A DNA stretch of 64,000 nucleotides from NCBI RefSeq assembly GCF_009914755.1, contig NC_060929.1; one strand, given 5' to 3'. Shown here in pieces: positions 13,351-26,500 of this stretch. Position 1 is the first letter of the stretch, and each line of letters starts with the position of its first letter. The DNA is from the human T2T-CHM13v2.0 reference genome, Homo sapiens. Both the position numbers and the translations under genes were made by a program. A model generated the notes under the pieces. The model saw nothing but the letters and a program-made list of their open reading frames with translations, did no database searches and was not told the origin of the DNA.

Positions 13351-14714
13351 ACAGGATTTGTATTTAAATTATTTAAGTCCAATGATTTTCACTTTTGGGG
13401 GGGTTCTTGCTTATTTCATAGAATTCCCTAAAAGAAAATTGCTATTTCTTTTAAAGAACAGCCCCATCTGAGAGCTGGCAGCAGACAAAATATGGGATTC
13501 CCTCTTCGATTTTATAGATTTTGACTTCCAGCTTGACTGTTCAGTTAGCACATTAAAAGATGACTCCCTCCCTCCCCAACCCTAAGCCTCGCAAACCCAA
13601 CCTGTGATCAGAAAATCCAGCTGTGCACTTTCTATTTCTTGCCTCATTGCCAGGAATAAAGATTCAGCAATCTCTGCCTAACCGACAATGTTGTCAGTGA
13701 CACCTGAGGCAAAGTAAAAACAGCTCAGCAGTTCTGCAGCCGCTGAGCCGCTGAGCTGCTGTGGCATTGCATTAGTCAAAGCAAGGATTCCTAGGCAGCC
13801 CCCCTCCTCCCTCCCATCTCTCACTGGGGGGCAGCTTCTGCTGCAGTGGGCAAGAATATTCAGTATCAGAATCTGCTCCTCTCATTTTGATGAGGAACTG
13901 TGACAGGGCTAAATGTCAAATCTTGATCCAAAGACTGTTCTGTTTGCCTTCAGCCAGTATTTCAAGTATTTTCAGGACTTGAGTCGTACAGTCATGCCCT
14001 TTGTTTTCCTGCAGAAGACTCAGGCAAGCAACACATTTTAGGACAACAGCCCTGGATAAGGATTCAGGACACATGGGCTTCAGATCTGCCTCTAGCACCA
14101 TCTGCCTGTGGACTGCCCACTCTCCAAGGAGTACGCCATGAAGGCCTCTAAGTTCCTGTACCCTACATGAGCTTTGTTTGGGTCTTGCAGAATCCCCAAC
14201 GGGAGGCCAACAGAGTCATACCTGGCCTTTGCAGCTCTGAAAATTCCCACATGAGAACGCGCATCCATATTCCGCTTGAGTTTGCCTCCTTTTTCTGTGT
14301 GAACATGCAAACTCTCTCTGGCTCTACAGATTAGAATAAACCCTCTCATGACCCTTACCAGAAATACACAACGATTTTCATCTTAGCCAGTTTGTTCTCA
14401 GCTAATACATCCTTTTGAGCCTCTTTGTTTTTTTGTCTTCATATGCATTTGTTTATTTTCCTTTGGTAGAAACATTGGAGTATAATTAGGACTAAGCTGT
14501 GGTTTTGTATAGCTACCCTTAACATTCTATATCCTGGACTTGTTATCCTTTGCTTATGACTGTTATCCACAGGTTCTTCTTACATGGCTGTGCAAGTCAC
14601 TTATTCATTCATTCGTTCAATTAATATATGTTTATTAAGAGTTTATTACATGCCAGGTGCTATGAAACCCAGCATCCACCCTGCCTCTCTTGGGAGGCTG
14701 ATGGTTCTGGGGTT

Positions 14715-14876
14715 TATATATATGCCTATTCGAGTATCTTTCCTATTTGAATATCTTTGCTGTGATACTCAAATAGGAATAGATACTATTTAAGTGTCAC
14801 AGGAATAGGCATATATATATAGACCTATAATGCCTATTTGAGTATCTATTCCTATTTGAGTGTCTTTCCTGTGACA
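14715..14876. repeat. Mosaic of local direct and inverted repeats
   Basis: About 47-bp imperfect direct repeat (from 14722 and 14830) with three reverse-complement segments between the copies. Confidence 0.85.
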
Positions 14877-15079
14877 ACTTTACAAAAAAAGATGACTTTC
14901 AGAGAGCTATAACTTTTTCTTCGTTTTTACTGATCATGTTTCTATACCTTAAAACTTCTCCAAGATTCAGTATTTAGAAGTTATTACAAATTCTTCATTT
15001 ATTTGTATGGAAAAATCTACTTAGCAATGGTGAACTTTTTTTTATCCCCAAAGTACCAAAAAAGATAGAAATGATTTAA

Positions 15080-15400
<321 letters not shown>

Positions 15401-16419
15401 TAATCCACCACCCACCCTTTTTTTTTTTTTTAAATAAGTTGTTTGGACAAGTTCCTCTGAGCTACAAAATCGTAAACAATAGTGATAACAGTTTTGAAAT
15501 AAAACTGAGGATTTCTACCTAGAATAAAATACACTTGAAGCTGCAGAACTTAGCCTGCCAACCAAATAGTTTTGCACTGATTATGAAAAAAGCATCATTC
15601 TTTTTCATGTGTAGCAATTGAATTTACTTATGTATCTGCCAAATCGCATATAAGCATAAACATTTAGTTTTCAATTCTCATATCCTTTCAATTTATTTGT
15701 CATTAAAAATGTATTTTTATTGTCAATTCCCATTTAAATTAAATTGTGCATGTGTGTGAAGTGTGTATTCAAATGAAGGTGATATAGTATATTGTGGTAG
15801 TAGAAGGATACTGAGGCTTGGGATGAAGAGTTTAATGTGTAATCTAGACTACCACATTTCTTCTGATGAAAACAGTCCCACATCTATCCTAAACCATCAG
15901 GCACTTTCAGATTTCTTCTTTCTTTCCTATGTGAGGCTCAGCAGAAGTGTAGTGATGATAGAAGTAAGAACGGGCAGAACTAAATGCAGGGAGTGTTAAC
16001 AATACAGGCATACTTATTGTCTTACACCTCACTGTGCTTTGCAGATAGTGCGTTTTTTACAAACTGAAGGTTGGTGGTAACCAGGCATGAAGCAAGTCTC
16101 TTGGTAACATTTTTTTCCAACAACATGTGCTCACCTTGTGTCTCTGTATCACATTTTGGTAATTCTTCCAATATTTCAAGCTTTTTCATTATTATTATAC
16201 CTGTTATGGCGATCTGTCATCCTTGAGTTTTGATGTTACTATTGTAATTGTGTTGGGTTACCATAAACCATACCCATATGACAGTGAACTTAATCAATAA
16301 CTCTTGTGTTTTCTGACTGCTGCACTGACTGGCTGTTCCCCTATCTCTCTCCCTCTCCTTGAGCCTCCCTATTCCCTAAGACATAAAAATATTGAAATCA
16401 GGTCAATCAATAACTCTAC

Positions 16420-17830
16420 ACCGGCCTATAAGTGTTCAAATGAAAGGAAGAGTTGCATGTCTGTCACTTTCAATCAAAAGCCAGAAATGATTACGCTTAG
16501 TGAGGAAGGCATGTCAGAAACTCAGACAGGCCGAAAACTGGGCCTCTTGCACCAAATAGCCAAGTTGTGAATGCTAAGGAAGAGTTCTTGGAGGATATTA
16601 AAAGTGCTACTCCAGTGAACACATGAATGACAAGAAAATGAAACAGCCTTATTGCTGATATGGAGAAAGTTTGAGTGGTCTGGATAGACGATGGATAGAA
16701 GATCCAAGCAGCCATAATGTTCCCTTAAGCCAAAGTCTAATCCAGAGCAAGGCCCTAACTCAATTCTATGAAGGCTGAGACAGATGAGGAAGCTGCAGAA
16801 CAAAAGTTGAAAGGTGGCAGAGATTGGCTTATGAGGTTTAAGGAAAGAAACCATCTCCAGAACATAAACATGCAAGGTGAAGCAGGACGTGCTGATGGAA
16901 AAGCTGCAGCAAGCTATCTAGAAGATCTAGCTAAGACAATTGGTGAAGGTGGTTACACTAAACAACAGATTTTCAATGTAGATGAAATAGCCTTCTATCG
17001 GAGGAAGATGCCATCTTGGACTTTCACAGCTAGAGAGAAGTCAGTGCTTGGTTTCAAAGCTTCAAAGGACATGCTGACTTTTTTGTTAGGGGCCAATGCA
17101 GCTGGTGACTAGGTTGAAGCCACTGTTTATTTACCATTTGGAACATTGTAGAGCCCTTAAGAGTTATGCTAAACCTATTCTGCCTGTGCTTCATAAATGG
17201 AACAAGAAAGCCTGGATGACAGCACATCTGTTTACAGAATGATTTACTGAATATTTTAAGCCCACTGTTGAGACCTACTTCTCAGAAACAAAGATTTCTT
17301 TCAAAATATTACTGCAGATTTACAATGCACCTGGTCACCCAAGAGCTCTGATGGTGATATAGAAGAAGATTAATGTTATTTTCATGCCTGTGAAGACAAT
17401 ATTCATTCTGCAGCCCATGGATCAAGGAGTAACTTTGCCTTTTGAGCATTATTATTTAAGAAATACATTTCATAAAATTATTTGGCTATGGATAGTGATT
17501 CTACTGGATCTGGGCAAAGTAAATTGAAAACGTTTCTGGAAAGGAGTCACCTTCCAGATGCCATTAAGAACATTTGAGATTTATGGGAGGTGGTCCAAAT
17601 ATCGATATTATTAGGAGTTTGGAAGAAGTTGATTCCAACCCTTATGGATGACTTGGAGGAGTTCAAGACTGCAGTGGAGGAAGAAACTGCAGATATGGTG
17701 GAAATAGCAAGAGAACTTGAATTAGAAGTGGAGCCTGAAGATGGGATTGAATTGCTGCAATCTCCTGATAAAACTTGAATGGATGTGGAGTTGCTTCATA
17801 TGGATTAGCAAAGAAAGTGTTCACTTGAGA
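16420..17830 (+). pseudogene. Disrupted Tigger1 transposase (CENP-B-type HTH plus DDE)
   Basis: Fragments 'KCSNERKS..NQKPEMITLSEEGMS..GRKLGLL', 'WLMRFKER...QIFNVDE.AFY..MPS.TF..REK', 'GVWKKLIPTLMDDLEEFKT'; start codon lost, many stops and frameshifts. Confidence 0.9.
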
Positions 17831-18211
17831 TGGAATCTACTCCTGGTGAAGATGCCTTAGGTGCTGTTGAAATGACAACAGAGTATTTAGAATATTAAAC
17901 AAACTTAGTTGATAAAGCAGAAGCTTGAGACAATTGACTCCAATTTTGAAAGTTCTACTGTGGGTAAATTGCATGCTACAGAGAAGTCTTCCATGAAAGG
18001 AAGAGTCAATCAATGCAGAAAACTTCATTGTTGTCTTATTTTCAGAAATTGCCACAACCACCCGAACCTTCAGAAACCACCATCCTGATCAGTCAGCAGC
18101 CATCAACATTGAGGCAAAGCCCTCCACCAGCAAAATGATTTTGACTTGCTGAAGGCTCAAATGATCATTAGCATTTTTAGCAATAAAGTATTTTTAAATT
18201 AAGGTACATGT

Positions 18212-18522
<311 letters not shown>

Positions 18523-21236
18523 TTAAAAGACATAATGCTATTATACACTTAATAGACTATAGTACAGTATAATTATAACTTTTATATTCACTGGGAAATG
18601 AAATCTTTTGTGTAACCTGATTTATTGCAATATTCACTTTATTGTAGTGGTCTGGAATTGAACCCACAATATCTTGGAGGGATGTCTGCAGCATAATTCA
18701 CATTCTACCATATCTGAAATCAGAACGTGTCTTACAGTTGACAGGACGTGTCTTAGATCTGATGAAATATAGTTATTAGTGGGCTGGACAGCAGGAATCT
18801 TACTGCTTGTTGATTGAGTAACTGTGATGATGCCTGTTTCAGCTTGGAATCTCCACCATCTCTAGTATATTGCCTTACACACACACAGTAGATTCTCAAA
18901 TATTTGTCACCGAAGGCAATTATTGATAAAATATACATGAATAATACTGAATTATTAATAACTTTAGAGAATAGTGTTAGCTAATTTAATTAGTTAGAAT
19001 GGAGGACTGTTTGTCTAGGTTAGGTTAATAGTCTCATTTGAATACTTTTGAATACATTTATGTGGTATCAACTTATGGCCTCTGCTTTGATCAGTGAATT
19101 AAATAAACCCATTAAAATGTTTCCCAGTTCCCTTTAATTTGAAAGTCTTAGAGATATTACTTTTGGGCCTTCAGAGCATTCCCAGGTATGATGATTCCTG
19201 AGAAGTCAGCTGATTTCTAGGATCACCTGACAGTGAGAAGATACCTGGGGGTCTACTTAGGATGGAGATGACTCCTAGGGTTGTTTAGTTAGCCTTCAAA
19301 AAAAAAACAAAAACAAACAAACAAACAAAAACAAAACACCTTTTGAGTGCCTCTCATGTGCACTGGGATACAGTGGTGAGCAAGACAGGTGAGGTCTGCG
19401 TTCTGGTGAATGTTGGCATGATGTATGCAAACACACCAGTGCGATGCTCACCATTCAGTAGGTGTGCCATAGGTGTTAGTTTCTTTGTTCCAGATAGAGT
19501 TTCTAAGCTGAAAATAGCAGGGAAACCAGCTTCTCCCCATCTGCATTCTCAACTGGACTTCAATCCCATGGTACTGTTTTCTTGTGGCAAGACTTTTGCT
19601 TTGGTACTCTAGAAAAAGACATGTGCCTGCTACTTATGAGAGCCTGGCGGGAAGAAGCTGCTGCAGACATCTGTACACATTAAAATCTAAGAAAATGCTC
19701 CCAATCCTTTAAGAAAACCATTACTTGGCTCACTGCAAGCTAATTGCATTTGTTCAGTCATTGTGAAAATGGATGCAGATTGGGATAAGCTAAGAAATAC
19801 CCTACTATTAAATCACAAAATAGAGCCACTTCTTCAGGAGACACCATGGCCTGAGATGAGGCTTTCTCCAAGAAGTGGGAAATTGCTTGGTAAATTTCTC
19901 TTTTCTGCTTAAGTAACTCTTTTAATTAATTTTTACTGACCTACTCCTCCTTTGACATAAAGGGAGTGGGCATATAAAGAATTGGGCTTTGCTGGCAGTA
20001 CCTTCCAGAGTCAAAAAGTGAAGATAAGGGAGATGGATTTGTTCTTTCAATTTGAAACAGAGCTTTGGTGTGTTAGGATCTGCACCTTTGTTAATTAGCC
20101 ACAATGGACACAATGTTATTTTATTTTCTTATTTCTGCAATCATCTGATAAGAGCTTACTTTTGAAATAAAATATTATGATGCAATAACAATCACATTTT
20201 AATGGAAAGAAGTACACAACATTAAGATAAAAATACTTGAGATATCTCTATTTAAAGGAGAGGGGTTAAAACATGTATCTATGATTCATAGTCTGACCTT
20301 GAAAAGTTAGCCACCTTGTTAGCCTCATGGATACTCTATTGTGAAAAGATTGCAAAAGTCCTTCGGCTAAAACCTTGTTCAAAGTTTGCCCATATATAAA
20401 AATAGATATTATAATTTAAAACTGATGATAGTTTTGTACTATTGACCAAATGAGACACACAGCACTGAAGTTTATGGACTTTATAATTATTTATGCTTTT
20501 CAGAGTTTTAATGATTCAGTAAAGGGTGAGGACAGTCTCTCCAAATCACAGCAGGCCTAACAATTCTCCTTCCTGGGTAGCCAAGTCCATCTGTTTTTAA
20601 ACTGGGACGGAGCTGCTGACACTTTATTAAGCTGTTGTTTTGCTTAAATTGCAGTTATCTAAAGTGACACTTCCCCTCCAGTCCTGCTTTCCAAAGTGTA
20701 GCAACCGTAACATACACAAACATACGTGGCTGCCCCTCCAGTTGATTAATATACAGAGTCAATATTTTTGCTTTATTTTAAAGCATCACAGCATGTGGCT
20801 GTGTTTCTTGGATATTTACTTTTTCTACCTCTCTTTTCTCTTTTTTTCCTTTCACTCCTGACATAAGAGTGGATACACTGAATATTCTACTTCTAGCAAG
20901 AGGAAGTCCTGTTTGCTGTTTGTGTAAACACTTATGCTGATTACAACCTCCAGAATCCTTAGACATATTCATCGTTGCAGGTCTCAAAATGATACAGAAC
21001 AATGGACTTCTAGACTCAGTGACTTACCTCCTTAGTGAAGAAATCTTTTCCTGAAATTTCAGCTTCATTATTTTTCTTCTGACTGCGGTTTTCCTGCATA
21101 TCAGTTTACGTTGATCTGGTCTGTGAACCTGCACCTCTCTTCTGCAGAGATGCCTTGCTGATCCATGTGGATGGACATTTCATGCGCAAACAGAGGTGCT
21201 TTAAGTGCCGTGGTCTGGCTGAGCCACCGCATCTAA

Positions 21237-21626
<390 letters not shown>

Positions 21627-21780
21627 AGATTTCTTCAGTTAACTTTCAGCCATTGTTTGCCGAAGAAAAATGAAAGACATAAAATAAAATGAGGATAAGT
21701 ACAATGGTCTTAGAAGAATCAGAGAAGATAAACACTTTGCATTCCAAATGTTTGGAATCTTCCCTTCTCTCACTCCCTAG

Positions 21781-21876
21781 AGTTTCGTTATTTCCTTTTC
21801 ATTTACTTACTGGTCAAAGCCCACAGTCACTGTGCTGGTGGCAGAGAACCTGACTTAGATGGTTTTCCATCTTCAG
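21781..21876 (+). other. Candidate 96-nt internal exon (unverified)
   Basis: Acceptor tcttcccttctctcactccctag| and donor CAG|gtaaga in non-repeat sequence. Confidence 0.4.
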
Positions 21877-22889
21877 GTAAGAGGATTAACAGGAAAGATG
21901 TGTGGACAGAGTTCTGGGGACTTGGGTGTGTGAGAGGTAGGACTTGGCAGTCCAGGGAAGAACCTGGAAAATCTCATGGAGCCTGAGAAGCAGACTTTCA
22001 AGAGAAGGAAACTCCTGCAGCATGGTGTTAAATCCTCCAAGTGTGTTTGCAGATGTAGAAGTACGTGTGAGTGAGATACTAGAATTAAATCATGCAAAAG
22101 AGCAGGCAAATTGTCCACGGAAGAAACCAGGGCACCAGCAAAGTGGGAAGCCAAAAAATGAGCACACCCTTATTCCTAGTTATTGTGAAGCCAAAATAAT
22201 CCTTAGGTATTGTACTTCAGAATTACATTGCAAAAATTTATTTTTGCCTGTAATAATGCATTCTACACTAGCCTAGCTCCTGCATTTTAGAAAGGCACAG
22301 TCCCCTAGATGTGTGGACATCAAGGATGATATACTTTGCATGCTCAGGCTCCAATGGCAAGAAGATTCTTCTTACATCCTGTTTCTAGGAACTCTTCCCA
22401 CACTTCCTATCCTCCCAGGCCTCTCTTTCAGAAGGTGTGGGGTTAATAGACAAGAGAGAGGGCAGGGAATTAGAGAGGAGGCAATCTTGCCCTCCACATT
22501 TCCTCTTTTGACCTAGCCCCACAGACTTTCTGAAATGATCCCAACCAGGTTACCCACAGGACAAGTCTTAGTAAGAGCTAAAAGGTAGTTCTTGTGCCTC
22601 CCCTGTTGAACATCAAGTTGCTACTCTTAGCTTTGGCTGAAACTCCATTCATCAGGATAAATGTAGACTTCAAGGCTTGCTATATAAATATAATGGGAGA
22701 CAGCAGGTTGGTATAAAAGGCTTTCCACCAAAGTACACATTATGGAATCAGATTCTATCCTGTTTTATAAAAATAAACTGTCTAGACAAAAAGAGGGGAA
22801 AAGAAAAGCTAGATTCTAGAGATCTTGGTTAAACCTAGGGACTTAACTATTTTTTTTTCATCAGGTTTGATTTATTGAAGGTCAGGGCA

Positions 22890-23075
22890 AAAACTGACCT
22901 TAAAGGTCAGCTAGTTCTATCCCATCATTTCGCAAGTGGGGACAGTGTGCCCCTGTCTCAGGTTAGTACTTTTATAGAACATTAGGACAGTGAGGTTAGT
23001 ACCTTGCTAAGGATCATCGAGCTGGCCAATTGCAGAGGTGGGTCTAGGACCAGGTCCCCTGATTAGCAGCCCTGT
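22890..23075 (-). mobile_element. MIR fragment
   Basis: 'ccatcatttcgcaagtggggac...gaggttagtaccttgctaaggatcat..ctaggaccaggtc'. Confidence 0.55.
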
Positions 23076-23325
23076 GGTTTTTTTTTTTTCATTGCAACAT
23101 ATTTCCAATGTCCCCAGAAGTGAAATGAAAACCATGGGTTATCTTACCTGCCCAGGCTCTTCACAGAGGTTACCTAAATGGGGATCAGAGTGGGGAGGGT
23201 AATGAATTGGGAAACCTAAGAAAGAATTGCAGAGCAAACCCATCAGCCACTCCCTAATTACCTCTTTCTGTAAATCCTCTCCAGGAGCCTACATCTACAA
23301 CTCAGCTGGGGCTTAATGTGACTAT

Positions 23326-23418
23326 ATTTGATAACTTTAAAGTTCTCAATGCTTTAATACCTGTCTAAATTTGATGACTTTAAAGTTCTCAATACTTTAA
23401 TATCTGTCTAAATTTGAT
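23326..23418. repeat. 43-bp tandem duplication (about 2.2 copies, 3 mismatches)
   Basis: atttgat(a/g)actttaaagttctcaat(g/a)ctttaata(c/t)ctgtctaa at 23326 and 23369. Confidence 0.93.
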
Positions 23419-23539
23419 TAATTTGGGGCTATCTGTTCTAGTTGGATTTTTTAAAAAATTCAGATATTGTCTGAACCATTGTGTTATGCCTTGTCTTCCC
23501 CATCCTTCTTTTTTTCCTCTTAGGTTCTATGTTTTCAAA

Positions 23540-26500
23540 CTCAGAAACCACGCAGAAACCCACAGATCTTTGCAACCCCACAGGTTAGAAAATCTCTTGT
23601 GAACCCTCACCACCAGGGCCCTGGGTCTGATACACACAGCTGTGTAGAGTCTTAGCGGAACAGTCACTTGGGCTTACACAGAGACCTAACAGTTTTACAG
23701 ACTCTGGCCCCAGGGATCCTGGCATGGTGGGAGTTCGACCTGTACATTCCCCTAAGAAGAGGGCTGAATCCAGGGAGCCAAGCAACCTTGTTCCACAGGC
23801 CCTACTTCTATGGCACCTCACAAGTTAAGATTCACTGGCTTGAAATTCCTGCCCGCCAGTGCCTCAGGCTGGAGACTGCCTGAGATGAATGAGTTCCAGG
23901 GGGAAGGGGTGGCCACCATTTTTGTGGTTAGGTCAGCTCAGCCATTCTAGCCTGCTGGCTCTGGGGAGCCTAGGTGGTCCTGATGTGGAGGAATCCCCCA
24001 CAATGCAGCACAGCTGCTGTGCCAGATTGTGGCCAGACTGCTTCTTTAAGTGGGACACCAATCCATCCCTCCTCACTGGGTGGGGCCTCCCTGTGGGAAT
24101 TTCAGCAAGTCCAGCCAGGGTTATATGGACAGAACTCTGATATCTCCTTGGGATGGAGTTCCTGGGAGGAGGGGTGGTTGAGGTCTGTGCAGTTCAGTTG
24201 ACTCAGCCTTTCCAGCCTGCTGGCTGTTGAGAGTCCAGGTGGTCTAAACATGAAAGAGTTCTCCACAATGCAGCACACTTGCTCTACCAATAATCAGCCA
24301 GACTGCTTCTTTAAGTGGGTTCCCGATCCCGTCCCTCCTGACTGAGTGTGACCTCCAAGTAAGAGTCTCCAGATACCTCCTACAGAAGTGTCTAAGCCCG
24401 CAACAGGTCAGTCCCACCCTGGGATGGAGCTCCAAGAGAAAGGAGCAGGCTGCTGTCTTTACTGTTTCACAGTCTTCACTGGTGATACCTCCAGGTAAAG
24501 GAAAACTGAGGCAACTAGGGTCTGGAGTGATTCCCCAGCAAACCACAGCAGCCCTACAGAAGAGTGGCTTGACTATTAAAAGAAAAACAAACAGAAAACA
24601 ACAACAACATCAAAAAAGACCCCACAAAAACCCCATTCAAAGGTCAGCATCTTTAAAAATCTAAGGCAGATAAGCCCACAAAGATAAGAAAGAATCAACA
24701 CAAAAATGCTGAAAACTCAAAAGCCAGAATGGCTCTTCTCCAAATGACTGCAACACCTCTCCAGCAAGGGCACAGAACTGGGCTGAGGCTAAGATGGCTG
24801 AATTGATAGGATTAGGATTCAGAAGGTGGGTAATTGTGTAATTCACTGAGCTAAAGGATCATGTTGTAACCTAATGCAAAGAAGTTAAGAATCATGACAG
24901 GAGCTGATAATCAGAATAGCCAGTTTAGAGAGAACATAACTGATCTGATGGAGCTGAAAAACACAAGAAATTCACAATGCAATTACAAGTACCAATAGCA
25001 AAACAGACCAAGTGGGGAAAAGATCTCAGAGCTTGAAGACTATCTTTCTGAAATAAGATACACAGACAAGAATAGAGAACAAAGAATGAAAAGAAATGAA
25101 CAACACCTCCGAGAAATATGGGACTATGTAAAAAGACTGAACCTATGATCGATTGGGGTACCTGAAAGAGATGGGAGAATGGGCCAAGTTGGAAAACATA
25201 CTTCAGGATATCATCCAGGAGAACTTCTCCAATCTAGCAAGACAGGCCAACACTCAAATTCAGGAAATGCAGACAACCCCCGTAAGATACTCCACAAGAA
25301 GATGAACCCCAAGACACATAATCATCAGATACTCCAAGGTCAAAATGAAAGAAAAATGTTAAGGGAAGCTAGAGAGAAAGACCAGGTCACTTACAAAGGG
25401 AAACCCATCAGACTAACAGTGGACCTCTCAGTGGAAACCCTACAAACCAGAAAAGATTGGGGGCTAAATTTCATATCTGGCCAAACTAAGCTTCTTAAGG
25501 GAAGGAGAAATAAGATTCTTTTCAGACAAGCAAATGTTGAGAGAATTCATCACCACCAGGCCGGCCTTGCAAGAGCTCCTGAAGGAAGCACTAAATAATG
25601 GAAAGAAAAAACTGTTACCAGCCACTACAAAAACACACTGAAGTACACAGACAAGGGACACTATGAAGCAACCAAATAAACAAGTCTGCAAAACAACAAG
25701 CTAGCATCATGATGACAGGATCAAATTCACACATAACACTACAAACCTTAAATGTAAATGGGCTAAATGCCCCAATTAAAAGACACAGAATGGAAAGCTG
25801 CATAAAGAGTCAAGACCTATAGGTACGCTGTCTTTAGGAGACCCATCTCACGTGCAAAGACACACAGAGGCTCAAAATAAAGAGATAAAGGAAAACTTAC
25901 CAAGCAAATGAAAAACAGAAAAAAGCAGGGATTACAATCCTAGTTTCTGAAAAAACAGACTTTAAACCAACAAAAATTAAAAAAAATACAAAGAAGGGCA
26001 TTACATAATGGCAAAAGGTTCAATTCAACAAGAAGAGCTAACTATCCTAAATATATATGCACCCAACACAGGAGCACCAGATTCATAAAGCAATATCTTA
26101 GAGACCTACAAAGAGACTTAGACTCCCACACAATAATAGTGGGAGACTTTAACACCCCACTGACAATATTAGACAGATTATTGAGACAGAAAATTAACAA
26201 AGATATTCAGGACCTGAACTCAGCTCTGGATCAAGCAGACCTGATAGATATCTACAGAACTCTCCACCCCAAAACAACAGAGTATACATTCTTCTCATCA
26301 CCACATGGCACTTACTGTAAAACTGATCACATAATTAGAAATAAAACAATCCTCAGCAAATGCAAAAGAACTGAAATCATAACAAACAGTTTCACAGACC
26401 ACAGTGCAATCAAATTAGAACTCAAGACTAAGAAATTCACTCAAAGCCTCACAACTACATGGAAATTGAACAACTTGCTCCTGCATGACTCTTGGGTAAA

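Noticed and set aside
14715-14876. CRISPR-like repeat-spacer array
   Set aside because: Eukaryotic context, only two copies, mixed orientation, no unique spacers and no cas genes
21855-21883. Recursive splice site (ttttccatcttcag|gtaaga)
   Set aside because: Better explained as the donor of the 96-nt candidate exon; pyrimidine tract is short and no host intron is known
23930-24360. About 170-bp direct repeat
   Set aside because: Internal repeat structure of the L1 5'UTR, expected for this L1 group
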